Shown piece after piece: positions 16,863 to 25,499 of a stretch of DNA of 35,001 nt. The notes beneath the pieces were generated by a model. The model saw only the letters and a list, made by a program, of their open reading frames with translations. It had not been told where the DNA came from and searched no databases. This DNA comes from Chitinophaga pinensis. GTDB lineage: Bacteria; Bacteroidota; Bacteroidia; Flavobacteriales_D; Crocinitomicaceae. The position numbers were made by a program, and so were the translations under genes. Each line of letters starts with the position of its first letter. The stretch's first letter is position 1. The DNA lies in assembly GCA_945868555.1 (NCBI GenBank), contig CAMBMC010000001.1:1-35001 (forward strand). Reading direction: 5' to 3'.

Positions 16863-18383
16863 ATGGCCATTATTGGTAAGCTATTAAAAAAATCAAATCA
16901 AATCAATCACAAGCGTGTGGTCAAACGAGGAAAAAGCCACGCCACTCAGCGAGAGACACTTGTAAATCTTTTGGATTACGCAAAAAACACATCCTTTGGT
17001 TTGGCGCATTTTTTTTCGAAAGTGGTCATTGATAAAAATCCAGTCAAGGCCTACCAGCAAATTACACCCATCACGGAGTACGAAGATTTTTATTCTTTGT
17101 GGTTAAGCAAAACGATTGAGGGCAATAAAGACCATACCTGGCCAGGAAGAGTGAAGTATTTTGCACTTTCTTCTGGAACCACAGGGTCCCCAAGCAAACG
17201 GATTCCGGTAACGGAACAAATGATTCGCTCGTTTCAAAAAACAAGTGTTCGCCAATTGTCCACACTACACGATTTAAATCTCTCAGAACATTTTTACAGC
17301 GCTTCAGCATTGGCCGTTGGGGGCAGTACAAAACTCACCAAAAAACGAAAACACATCGAAGGAGATTTGAGTGGGATCTTAAAAAAGCATACTTCGCTTA
17401 TTGTTAGTCCGATCACCAAGCCGGGGAGTAAAATTGCCTCAATGAAAGATTGGAATGACAAGCTTGAAGCAATGATAGAGAAGGCGCCAAAATGGAACAT
17501 TGGCATCATCGCGGGAATTCCGAGCTGGTGCATCATGCTGATGGAACGCATCGTGGAAAGGTATGGCTTAACTTCTATTCACGACATGTGGCCAAATCTT
17601 GAGGTGTACGTGCATGGCGGTGTATTTATGCAGCCTTATCTTCCGCGTTTAGAAAAAGTATTGGGAAAACCAATTCATCTCTTGGACACATACCTTGCGA
17701 GTGAAGGGTATTTTGCCTATCAAATGGCACCCAATTCTCAGGGAATGAAATTGATTTTAAATACGGGTGTGTTTTATGAATTTATTCCATTTACGAGTGA
17801 GTATTTTGATGAAGAAGGTCAAGTTCGAGACAAGCACACAGCGTTTGCCTTGAGTGAAATCCAAGAGGGTGTCGATTATGCCATAGTGATCAGCACCAAC
17901 GCAGGACTTTGGCGCTATTTAATTGGCGACTTGGTCCGTTTTACGAATGTTACAGCGCAAGAATTGGTCATTACAGGTAGAATAAGGCAGTATTTAAGCT
18001 TGGTGGGTGAGCATATTTCATTGGAAAACATCAACGCAGCAATTATAACAAGCGCCATAAGCATGGGCATTGAAATATCAGAGTATTGCATTTATGCAGA
18101 CATAGAAAGCCAAAAACACGTTTGGTTTGTTGGTTGCGATGATCCATGCGATGAACAGGCTCTGATCCAAAACTTGGACAATCAATTGTGCGCATTAAAC
18201 GATGATTATGCATCGGCTAGAAAGTACAGCTTGAAGGCACCCGAAATTAAAGTGTTATCCGTTCAGCGCTTCTATGCGTTCATGAAGGAATCAGGGAAGA
18301 TGGGGTCTCAGCATAAGTTCCCCCGGGTGTTGAATGTGGAACAAGCAAAACGATGGTTGACATTTTTATCCCTCAACCCGTGA
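16863..18383 (+). CDS. GH3 (auxin-responsive promoter) family adenylate-forming protein
   Basis: About 506 aa from the ATG at 16863. LSSGTTGSPSKRIP (an acyl-adenylate SSGTT motif) and the overall layout are typical of bacterial GH3 homologues. The ORF-track start at 16830 is a TTG. Confidence 0.75.
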   Translation: MAIIGKLLKKSNQINHKRVVKRGKSHATQRETLVNLLDYAKNTSFGLAHFFSKVVIDKNPVKAYQQITPITEYEDFYSLWLSKTIEGNKDHTWPGRVKYFALSSGTTGSPSKRIPVTEQMIRSFQKTSVRQLSTLHDLNLSEHFYSASALAVGGSTKLTKKRKHIEGDLSGILKKHTSLIVSPITKPGSKIASMKDWNDKLEAMIEKAPKWNIGIIAGIPSWCIMLMERIVERYGLTSIHDMWPNLEVYVHGGVFMQPYLPRLEKVLGKPIHLLDTYLASEGYFAYQMAPNSQGMKLILNTGVFYEFIPFTSEYFDEEGQVRDKHTAFALSEIQEGVDYAIVISTNAGLWRYLIGDLVRFTNVTAQELVITGRIRQYLSLVGEHISLENINAAIITSAISMGIEISEYCIYADIESQKHVWFVGCDDPCDEQALIQNLDNQLCALNDDYASARKYSLKAPEIKVLSVQRFYAFMKESGKMGSQHKFPRVLNVEQAKRWLTFLSLNP

Positions 18384-19271
18384 TTTCTCCCATTTCAGAA
18401 GCATCGTTTTTAGGAACATATTGACAAAAACGACGAGCACAATAATCGCCGAACCGGTGTAAAAATGGACGCTTAATTTTGTGTTTTCATGCAAGATGAA
18501 GATCGCTAATAATATGGTGTAGACAGGCTCCATGTTGATGGAAAGTGACACAGTAAACGCACCCAATCGCTTCACGAGGGCAATGGAGCCCAAGAATGTA
18601 AATGAAGTGCAAACAACACCAAGAAAGAGCAACCACAGAAAGTCTTCAGTTCGCATGGTAAACAATTCCGCATTGATCTCACCTTGAAACAAGAGGAAAA
18701 CAGTCAAGAACAAGAAGGCGGAAATAAGTTCGTACAATGAAATGGTATGCGATGGCATACTTCGTGCCAGCTGTCCGTTTAACACACTGAACAAGGCCGC
18801 AAAGAACGCGGAAGAAAGGCCATAGATGAGGGCTTCATATTCTTTTTCATGGAACTCATCTGACACAAAATAAATCCCATAAACGACAGCCAATCCTAAC
18901 AAAAACTCAAGCCATGAAAACTTCTTTTTGAATAACAACGGTTCAAGCCACGTCACGTGAAGTGTTGTTGTTGATAAACATAAGATTCCAAGAGAGGCAG
19001 TTGAAAGTTGAATGGACTTATAGAATGTCATCCAGTGAAGAGCTACGATTATTCCAACAGCAGCGATGGTCAAGAGCTGTTTTACTGAGTCAACGCGGAG
19101 CGACTTTTTTAAGAATACCAGCGCGATGGCTAGTCCTGTAAATCCGATCCAAGTGCGGTGCCACACCAAGGGGTAGGCGTCGAGGTGAATGAGTTTGCCT
19201 AAAATGCCTGTAAAGCCCCAAATGAAAATGATGACATGCAGCAGCGTGTGGTATTTCAGGTCTTTAATCAC
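18366..19271 (-). CDS. DMT superfamily (EamA-like) transporter
   Basis: About 10 TM helices in two similar halves. GTG start. Its 3' end overlaps the GH3 3' end by 18 nt (convergent). Confidence 0.7.
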   Translation of the reverse strand: MIKDLKYHTLLHVIIFIWGFTGILGKLIHLDAYPLVWHRTWIGFTGLAIALVFLKKSLRVDSVKQLLTIAAVGIIVALHWMTFYKSIQLSTASLGILCLSTTTLHVTWLEPLLFKKKFSWLEFLLGLAVVYGIYFVSDEFHEKEYEALIYGLSSAFFAALFSVLNGQLARSMPSHTISLYELISAFLFLTVFLLFQGEINAELFTMRTEDFLWLLFLGVVCTSFTFLGSIALVKRLGAFTVSLSINMEPVYTILLAIFILHENTKLSVHFYTGSAIIVLVVFVNMFLKTMLLKWEKSRVEG

Positions 19272-19314
19272 AGCGCGAAGGTAGGGAAATTATAAACCTA
19301 TACTTTAATCGAAA

Positions 19315-20268
19315 TCAAAACCGCCAAGCAAGAATTCTACTGACCTTATTGCCAAGTTGCATCTCGATGGTTTTTACATCACTCGCTCCAACGGCTTTTA
19401 AGGTTTTGTAGGCAGGTTTTAGGTTTTCTTGTTTGGACACAAGCGTGGTAAACCAACGGCAATTGGTTTTAAACAACACACTTTCGCGGATCATCGTTTG
19501 AAGGAAATGTATTTCTCCACCTTCGCACCACAATTCGTTGGCTTGACCACCAAAGTTTAACACTGGCTCATTCGTTTTCTTCTGACCGAGGTTCTTGGCT
19601 TTGCGCATTGATCCTGCGCTAACCTCTGCTTGTGAACCATGGAAAGGCGGGTTGCAAATGCTGAGATCAAAGCGGTCATCTGGATGAATGATCCCTTGAA
19701 AGATGTTGCTTCGGTTTGACTGTTTGCGCAACTCAATTGTGTTGTTCAAAATGGGGTTTTCATCAATGATGTATTGGGCATTTTTCAATGACGTTTCCTC
19801 AACATCAGATCCAACAAATGTCCACCCGTAGTCGATTACCCCAACAATAGGGTAAATGCAATTTGCACCCACACCGATGTCTAAGCAGTGAGTTTTTGTG
19901 TTCGAATTAAAAAGTTCTAATGCCTCTGCCACGCGGTGAATGTATTCCGCCCGTCCAGGAATGGGAGGACACAGAAAACCTTTCGGCACCGACCAATTTT
20001 TTATTCCATAAAAATGAATGAGCAAGGCCTTGTTGAGCGCCATTACGGCATCAGGATACGAAAAATCAATGGAGTCATCGCTGTAGTTGTTTACCCGAAC
20101 AAAAGGCGCTAAATCAGCATGTGCAGCGATAAGTTCCGGAAAGTTGTACCGTTCGCGGTGCTTGTTTTTCTGGTGTAGGGTAGTTTTTATAGGCAATGTA
20201 TCTCCTTCATCTTGTATAAAATCAAAAAACGCTATGTCCTCCGTGACTCTGTGGTTTATTCTAAGCAA
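19315..20268 (-). CDS. rlmF: 23S rRNA (adenine1618-N6)-methyltransferase
   Basis: LHQKNKHRERYNFPELIAAH..., LCPPIPGRAEYIH, DIGVGANCIYP and the NPPFH catalytic motif match RlmF/YbiN. The start is uncertain: the ORF-track start is a TTG and there is no nearby in-frame ATG. Confidence 0.8.
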   Translation of the reverse strand: MLRINHRVTEDIAFFDFIQDEGDTLPIKTTLHQKNKHRERYNFPELIAAHADLAPFVRVNNYSDDSIDFSYPDAVMALNKALLIHFYGIKNWSVPKGFLCPPIPGRAEYIHRVAEALELFNSNTKTHCLDIGVGANCIYPIVGVIDYGWTFVGSDVEETSLKNAQYIIDENPILNNTIELRKQSNRSNIFQGIIHPDDRFDLSICNPPFHGSQAEVSAGSMRKAKNLGQKKTNEPVLNFGGQANELWCEGGEIHFLQTMIRESVLFKTNCRWFTTLVSKQENLKPAYKTLKAVGASDVKTIEMQLGNKVSRILAWRF

Positions 20269-20341
20269 GCATTTTACTTATCGTTTAATTTTTTACCGTA
20301 GAGGCGCAGAGAAAAAATCCTTTTGTTTAAGATGTCAATGA

Positions 20342-21676
20342 CTAATTGGATTTTTTAATCGTTTTCTTTCGCTTCTCGTCAAGTTTTTGCTGCTTTTCAT
20401 CGAGCTTTTTGTTTTTTTCATCCAGCTTGACTTGCTCTTCTTTTAGCTTGTCAAGCTTTTTTCCTTTCTTCACTTTATCGTCGAGTTTCTTTTGCTCTTG
20501 TTTCAAGGCTTTTCGTTCCTCATCGATTTCTTTTTGTTCTTCATCAAGTTTTTGCAGCTTCTCATCCAATTCTTTCATGGCCTCCGCTTCTTTGGCAGCT
20601 TCTTCTTTTGCTTTTTCGGCTTCTTTCTGAAGTTTCTCTGCTTCTTTCGCTTTTTCTTCCGCTTCTTTCTGCTGTTTTTCCGCTTCTTTCTTTGCCTCTT
20701 CTTCTACTTTAGCTTGCTTCTCAGCGTCTTTCTTCTGGTCTTTCTCCTCTTCAGCACGCTTCTTTGCGGCCTCTTCTTTGTCTTTCTGAGCATCTTTTTC
20801 AGCTTTGGCTTTATCTTCAGCTTCTTTTGCTTTTCGCTCAGCCTCTTTTGCTTCGTTGCTCTGTTCTTTTTGCTTTTGCTCAGCATCTTTCCGTGCCTGC
20901 TCTTCTTGTGCTTTGGCGTCGGCAGGATTAGAATTCTCTAAGGTCTTCGCTCGTTCGGCGGCTTCTTGTTCTCGGCGCTTCGCCTCTTCTTCACGGCGTT
21001 TTGCGTCTGCATTGATTTGCTCTTCTTTGGCCAATCGCTGACGTTCTGTTTCTTGTTTCTGGCGTTCGGCCTCACTCAAGTTTTTTTGAGCTTCAGTCAT
21101 TTTTTGATCTGCTTGTGCCTGCTTTTCTTTCGCGATGCGCTCCTCTTCTTCACGCTGCTTGCGTACTTCCTCTTGACGCTTTATCGCCTCCTCTTTTTCT
21201 TTTGTGCTTTCTGCAGCTTCTTTTTCAAGTTCAGCAGTTTTTTGCTCAGAGCGTTGCGTTTTTTCTTCTATTTCTTTGATTTTTTCGTTTGATTCTGTCG
21301 TTACCTCCTCAGCAGTTTCTCCCTTAGATTTTAAGGCAAATGTATATGCGCGACCGTTCTCCAACACCTGATCAATCATCTTTTCGTCACGGTACATTGC
21401 GTGCGTCACGCTAATGTTTGAGATTTGTTTGCCATAGGTAGCAATGCTGATTGTAGCAACACCCTTGTCGTCTGTCATTCCCGCACCGATAGTAATGGTT
21501 CCTGTCGTAATTTTTACAAAAGCACCCTTGACCGCAACGCTATTTGAGGTTACGGAAATGGATATTGTAACTGCTTCGCGCTGTATGGTTTCTGTAGCGT
21601 CAATGCGTGTTTGTTTTGCGTGTAAACTAATTTGTCCAACCAATAAACAGCCAATAAGGATGAGGTATTTTTTCAT
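20342..21676 (-). CDS. exported protein with an N-terminal beta-sandwich-like domain followed by a ~325-aa E/K/A/Q-rich helical region
   Basis: Signal peptide MKKYLILIGCLLVGQISLHA. About 95 aa are beta-rich (VKGAFVKITTGTITIGAGMTDDKGVATISI). From about residue 118 to the end the sequence is almost only E, K, A, Q, R and D. All opposite-strand ORFs are F/S/L/C-rich mirror artefacts. Confidence 0.65.
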   Translation of the reverse strand: MKKYLILIGCLLVGQISLHAKQTRIDATETIQREAVTISISVTSNSVAVKGAFVKITTGTITIGAGMTDDKGVATISIATYGKQISNISVTHAMYRDEKMIDQVLENGRAYTFALKSKGETAEEVTTESNEKIKEIEEKTQRSEQKTAELEKEAAESTKEKEEAIKRQEEVRKQREEEERIAKEKQAQADQKMTEAQKNLSEAERQKQETERQRLAKEEQINADAKRREEEAKRREQEAAERAKTLENSNPADAKAQEEQARKDAEQKQKEQSNEAKEAERKAKEAEDKAKAEKDAQKDKEEAAKKRAEEEKDQKKDAEKQAKVEEEAKKEAEKQQKEAEEKAKEAEKLQKEAEKAKEEAAKEAEAMKELDEKLQKLDEEQKEIDEERKALKQEQKKLDDKVKKGKKLDKLKEEQVKLDEKNKKLDEKQQKLDEKRKKTIKKSN

Positions 21677-21758
21677 AGCACAAGTTTAATTCGATATCTA
21701 GTACAATTTTAGTGTTTTTGAACGGGGAAATAAAGGGATTTTGAGCTATTTTTATCAC

Positions 21759-22877
21759 ATGCAATTTGTAGATGTTGTTGGTCAACAAGAATTAAAGAAT
21801 CATTTCATTACCGAAATCAATAGTGGGAACATTGCCCATGCCCGACTGTTTTACGGAAAACCAGGCTATGGAGCACTGCCATTAGCACTGGCGTTTGTGG
21901 GCTATTTATTTTGTGATCAAAGACTTGAAAACGACAGTTGTGGTGTTTGTCCGTCGTGCTTGAAGGTACAGAAACTTCAGCATCCCGACCTTCATTTTTC
22001 TTACCCCAGCGTTCAGGCGGATGCCGAAAAATCGACGATGTTGATTAAACAATGGAGGGAACAAGTGAATGAAAACGCATATTTCACTGAGCTTGATTGG
22101 TTGAGTAGAATCGACCCGAAAGAGCGGAACATGATCATTAGTGTTCACGAAAGCCACGACATCATAAAAAGACTGAGCTTGAAGGCTTATGAGGGCGGTT
22201 ACAAAGCAATGATCATTTGGTTGCCAGAATCAATGAATGCTCAATCGGCAAACAAGTTGTTGAAAGTGTTGGAAGAACCAACGCCAAAAACAGTGTTTAT
22301 ACTCGTGGCCGAGGCCCATGAGACGATGTTGCGCACGATTTTATCGCGCACACAAGTAGTGAGGGTGCCAAAAATTGAGGATGCTGAGTTGAAGGCGTAT
22401 CTGAGGAAGGAAGGAAAATTGGAGCCCTCCGTCATCGACCGGATTGTCATTCAAGGCGATGGTGATTTCATTCAGGCGATGGCGGCTTTTGACAATGAGG
22501 ATGATTCGACTGCGAATCGGGATTGGTTTATTAAACTCATGCGCGTGAGTTACCGGAAAGATGTGCTGGGCATGCTCGATTGGGCGGAGGAAATTTCTGG
22601 CGCAACGAAAGACAGTCAAAAGGTGTTTTTGGAGTATGCATTGCACATGGTTCGTCAAAGCATGTTGAAAAACTACACAGGAGACCAGTTGACCCGACTT
22701 ACTCAAGATGAAGATGCGTTCTTAGCCAACTTTGCACGGTTCATTACAGGGAAAAATTTACGTGACTTTATGCTGACTTTCAGTGATTCACATTATTACA
22801 TTGAGCGGAACGCAAATTCAAAAATACTTTTCACCAACATTAGCTTTCAGGTAATGCGGTATATCCATGCGGCTTAA
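21759..22877 (+). CDS. holB: DNA polymerase III subunit delta' (clamp-loader AAA+ protein)
   Basis: HARLFYGKPGYGALPLA (degenerate Walker A), a zinc module CGVCPSCLKVQKLQHPD and LKVLEEP (sensor region). ATG at 21759 (MQFVDVVGQQ). Confidence 0.8.
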   Translation: MQFVDVVGQQELKNHFITEINSGNIAHARLFYGKPGYGALPLALAFVGYLFCDQRLENDSCGVCPSCLKVQKLQHPDLHFSYPSVQADAEKSTMLIKQWREQVNENAYFTELDWLSRIDPKERNMIISVHESHDIIKRLSLKAYEGGYKAMIIWLPESMNAQSANKLLKVLEEPTPKTVFILVAEAHETMLRTILSRTQVVRVPKIEDAELKAYLRKEGKLEPSVIDRIVIQGDGDFIQAMAAFDNEDDSTANRDWFIKLMRVSYRKDVLGMLDWAEEISGATKDSQKVFLEYALHMVRQSMLKNYTGDQLTRLTQDEDAFLANFARFITGKNLRDFMLTFSDSHYYIERNANSKILFTNISFQVMRYIHAA

Positions 22878-22928
22878 CAAGAAAATCGCAACGATTTTTT
22901 CATAACTTTACACAAAACGAATAGAATT

Positions 22929-24269
22929 ATGGGTTGTTCAAATTGTAGCTCCGATGGTGGAACTCCACGGGGATGTAAAAACAACGGCAACTGTAGTTCC
23001 GGAGGTTGTAATAAACTTGAGGTCTTTGACTGGTTGTCCAACATTATGTTGCCATCAGGCCAAACACCATACGATATAGTGGAGGTTCGATTCAAGAACA
23101 GCCGAAAAGGGTTTTATAGAAACGCCAAAGGAATAGGTTTGTCTGTTGGGGATGTGGTTGTGGTTGAAACGAGTCCAGGTTACGATGTGGGCGTGGTTTC
23201 TGTATCAGGAGAATTGGCACGTATTCAAATCAAAAAGAAAGCACCTGGTTTTAAGCCAATCGAAGCGAAGAAAATCGTTCGCGTAGCAACTCAGGAAGAT
23301 GTTGACAAATGGATTCAAGCAAGGTCTCTTGAAAAAGAGGTGATGTACCAATCCCGAACGCTTGCTGTGAATTTGAATCTCGAAATGAAAATCTCGGATG
23401 TTGAATACCAAGGAGACCTTAGTAAGGCAACATTCTTCTATACCGCAGAAGGTCGCGTAGATTTTCGCCAGCTGATCAAGGACATGGCGGATAAGTTTCG
23501 CATACGGATTGAAATGCGTCAAATTGGTTCCCGACAAGAAGCATCACGGCTCGGAGGAATCGGCTCGTGTGGCCGAGAATTGTGCTGCTCTACGTGGTTA
23601 ACTGATTTTAGATCTGTCTCAACATCTGCTGCTCGATACCAACAACTGTCCTTAAATCCGCAAAAATTAGCCGGACAATGCGGAAAACTGAAGTGCTGCT
23701 TGAATTATGAGCTCGACATGTACCTTGACGCGATCAAGTCGTTCCCGAAAGCTGACACAAAACTTCAAACAGAAAAGGGTTCAGCATACCACATTAAAAC
23801 GGACGTGTTTCGCAAACAAATGTGGTACGCCTATGAAGGGGATTCTGCTTCTGGGTTGATTCCTATGAATCCAGACCGTGTGCGTGAAATCATGAAGATG
23901 AATCAAGACGGCAAAAAACCAAGGGAGCTGAATGAGTATGTTGCAGAGGTCAAAATCAAAGAGCCGGACTATGAAAACGTAGTTGGTCAAGATAGTTTGA
24001 ATCGTTTTGAACATGCATTCAAAAAGAACAACAACAACAATAGAAAGAAGAAGAAACCAGGGAACAATAGACCTACTGACGCGGTAAAATCTGCTGATAA
24101 TCCCCAGCAAGTTAAAGCGGCAAATCCGAACCAAGCACAAAATCCTCAGGGAAACAACAGGCCTCAAGGATCTTCGGAGAATTCGAACAGTCCGCAGCAA
24201 CGAACGAATCGGCCGAACAACCGCCGTCGCCCCAACCAAAACAATTCTGGCAATGAAAGCCCGCAATAG
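22929..24269 (+). CDS. PSP1 domain protein (RicT/YaaT-like) with a Cys-rich N-terminus and a low-complexity tail
   Basis: The conserved PSP1 core (ATFFYTAEGRVDFRQLIKDMADKFRIRIEMRQIG, CGRELCCSTWL, GQCGKLKCCLNYE) follows holB, as in Bacillus. The N-terminus has CSNCSSDGGTPRGCKNNGNCSSGGC. The last ~85 aa are N/Q/P/R-rich. Confidence 0.8.
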   Translation: MGCSNCSSDGGTPRGCKNNGNCSSGGCNKLEVFDWLSNIMLPSGQTPYDIVEVRFKNSRKGFYRNAKGIGLSVGDVVVVETSPGYDVGVVSVSGELARIQIKKKAPGFKPIEAKKIVRVATQEDVDKWIQARSLEKEVMYQSRTLAVNLNLEMKISDVEYQGDLSKATFFYTAEGRVDFRQLIKDMADKFRIRIEMRQIGSRQEASRLGGIGSCGRELCCSTWLTDFRSVSTSAARYQQLSLNPQKLAGQCGKLKCCLNYELDMYLDAIKSFPKADTKLQTEKGSAYHIKTDVFRKQMWYAYEGDSASGLIPMNPDRVREIMKMNQDGKKPRELNEYVAEVKIKEPDYENVVGQDSLNRFEHAFKKNNNNNRKKKKPGNNRPTDAVKSADNPQQVKAANPNQAQNPQGNNRPQGSSENSNSPQQRTNRPNNRRRPNQNNSGNESPQ

Positions 24270-24780
24270 TCTAATTGGTGTTTTAGCGCTCCTCTTGTTG
24301 TGGTCGTGCGAGCAAACGGCGATGTATGAGCGCTCGTACACCTTCAAAAAGAACATGTGGGAACAAAATGTGAAGCCGCGATTTGTTTTTGATTTAAAGG
24401 AGGTGAATAAGGAACATGTATTTGTCTTGACCTTACGCACAACCACAGATTACAAATACAGCAATTTGTGGGTGTTTTTAAACACGAAAAATCCAAAAGG
24501 TGAAACAACCCGCGAACCCGTTGAAATTGCCGTGACCAATCCCGACGGCTCTTGGACTGGAAAGAAAACAGGAACAATCGTAGAAACGGAGGTGGTCTTT
24601 ATTCGGAGCAAAGAGGGACAATTGGAAGTTTTTGATCGTCCTGGAAGCCCACCGAGAATGCTTAAATGTTCACTTGCTGAAGCAGGAAAACACACCTTTA
24701 TGATTGAACAAGGTATTACCCAAATGGCAATTGATGAGGTTTTAGACCTTACTTTTTTGGTTGAAACACCAACAGATTAA
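24253..24780 (+). CDS. gldH: gliding-motility lipoprotein GldH-like
   Basis: Lipoprotein signal LLLLWSC. The pattern ...W....V.P.FVFD......H.F...LR.TTDYKYSNLWVFL....P.G.....PVEI...NPDGSWTGK..G fits my recollection of the GldH family. It sits downstream of PSP1 with a 17-nt overlap. Confidence 0.65.
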   Translation: MKARNSLIGVLALLLLWSCEQTAMYERSYTFKKNMWEQNVKPRFVFDLKEVNKEHVFVLTLRTTTDYKYSNLWVFLNTKNPKGETTREPVEIAVTNPDGSWTGKKTGTIVETEVVFIRSKEGQLEVFDRPGSPPRMLKCSLAEAGKHTFMIEQGITQMAIDEVLDLTFLVETPTD

Positions 24781-24817
24781 AGAAGAAAAGGAAATAGGTT
24801 TGAACCGTGCAATCAAA

Positions 24818-25498
24818 TCAATTGTTCGACGGAATATTGTAGGTGTAAGAAACCGCCAAAATGTGTTTCGTCAAAGGGTTTGATGCGTTCATTTGATGAT
24901 CGAGAATATAACCCAAACTAATGTCGTGTGGACCATCGATCTCTAAGGCCACACCAGCGAATCCGCGGTATTTTGAAAATTGCCTTCCGCTTGGGCCAAA
25001 AGCAGGATTGTAGAAAAGTTCAAAACTTATAATGGGAGAAAAAAACGTGTTTTTCAGATCGTATTGAAATTGAGTTTTAAGCCGCACAGCTTGGTCAAAT
25101 TCTGCGTCATAACCTGAGATGGAATTCAAGGTGTTGAATGAGTATTGGTACCGAAGACGCGCACGAAGATCTAAGCGTTTTTTTGCATACTTGAATTCTG
25201 TGTTGAAATTAAGTCGGTTGCTAAACAAATAATTCCCGTACTCATCCAATTTATAAACTCCACGATAGTCAACAGAAGGTTTAAACCATTTCGTCACTTT
25301 ATATTTCACGGTTACCTGTGGGAAAAAAGTTTGATTCGGCGCTGCGCTTACACGCGAGGTGAAACTTACACCGTATTCGAGGTCCTTTGTGATTTCACCT
25401 TTAATACCCACATCAGCCCAAAGCATGCCAATTGATCGTTGTGAAACGGCATTCAGCGAGGCAAGAACAAGGACAAAAAGGAGGGGTAGTTTTTTCAC
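24818..25498 (-). CDS. putative outer-membrane beta-barrel protein (DUF2490-like), hypothetical
   Basis: Signal peptide MKKLPLLFVLVLASLNAVSQ (GTG start) followed by alternating-hydrophobic, Y/F/R-rich strands throughout. Starts 1 nt after the stop of the upstream lipoprotein gene. Confidence 0.5.
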   Translation of the reverse strand: MKKLPLLFVLVLASLNAVSQRSIGMLWADVGIKGEITKDLEYGVSFTSRVSAAPNQTFFPQVTVKYKVTKWFKPSVDYRGVYKLDEYGNYLFSNRLNFNTEFKYAKKRLDLRARLRYQYSFNTLNSISGYDAEFDQAVRLKTQFQYDLKNTFFSPIISFELFYNPAFGPSGRQFSKYRGFAGVALEIDGPHDISLGYILDHQMNASNPLTKHILAVSYTYNIPSNN

Positions 25499-25499
25499 C

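Noticed and set aside
20346-21292. Five plus-strand ORFs (20346-20630, 20492-20941, 20805-21041, 20966-21292, plus the minus-frame 20704-20886) within the E/K-rich gene
   Set aside because: Their products are F/S/L/C-rich or K/R-rich low-complexity strings. These are the expected mirror-frame artefacts of a long purine-rich coding repeat. The 444-aa minus-strand ORF, with its signal peptide, explains the region.
22341-22706. Antisense ORFs inside holB (22341-22706, 22241-22450, 21906-22157) and inside the TPR gene (31117-31530, 31220-31411)
   Set aside because: They lie fully within confidently identified genes on the other strand and have no recognisable features.
23781-24446. 221-aa minus-strand ORF antisense to the PSP1 tail and the gldH start
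   Set aside because: It is R/V/L/I-rich with no signal or motifs, and it lies entirely inside two well-supported plus-strand genes. It is probably kept open by the low-complexity AAC/AAG-rich sequence.
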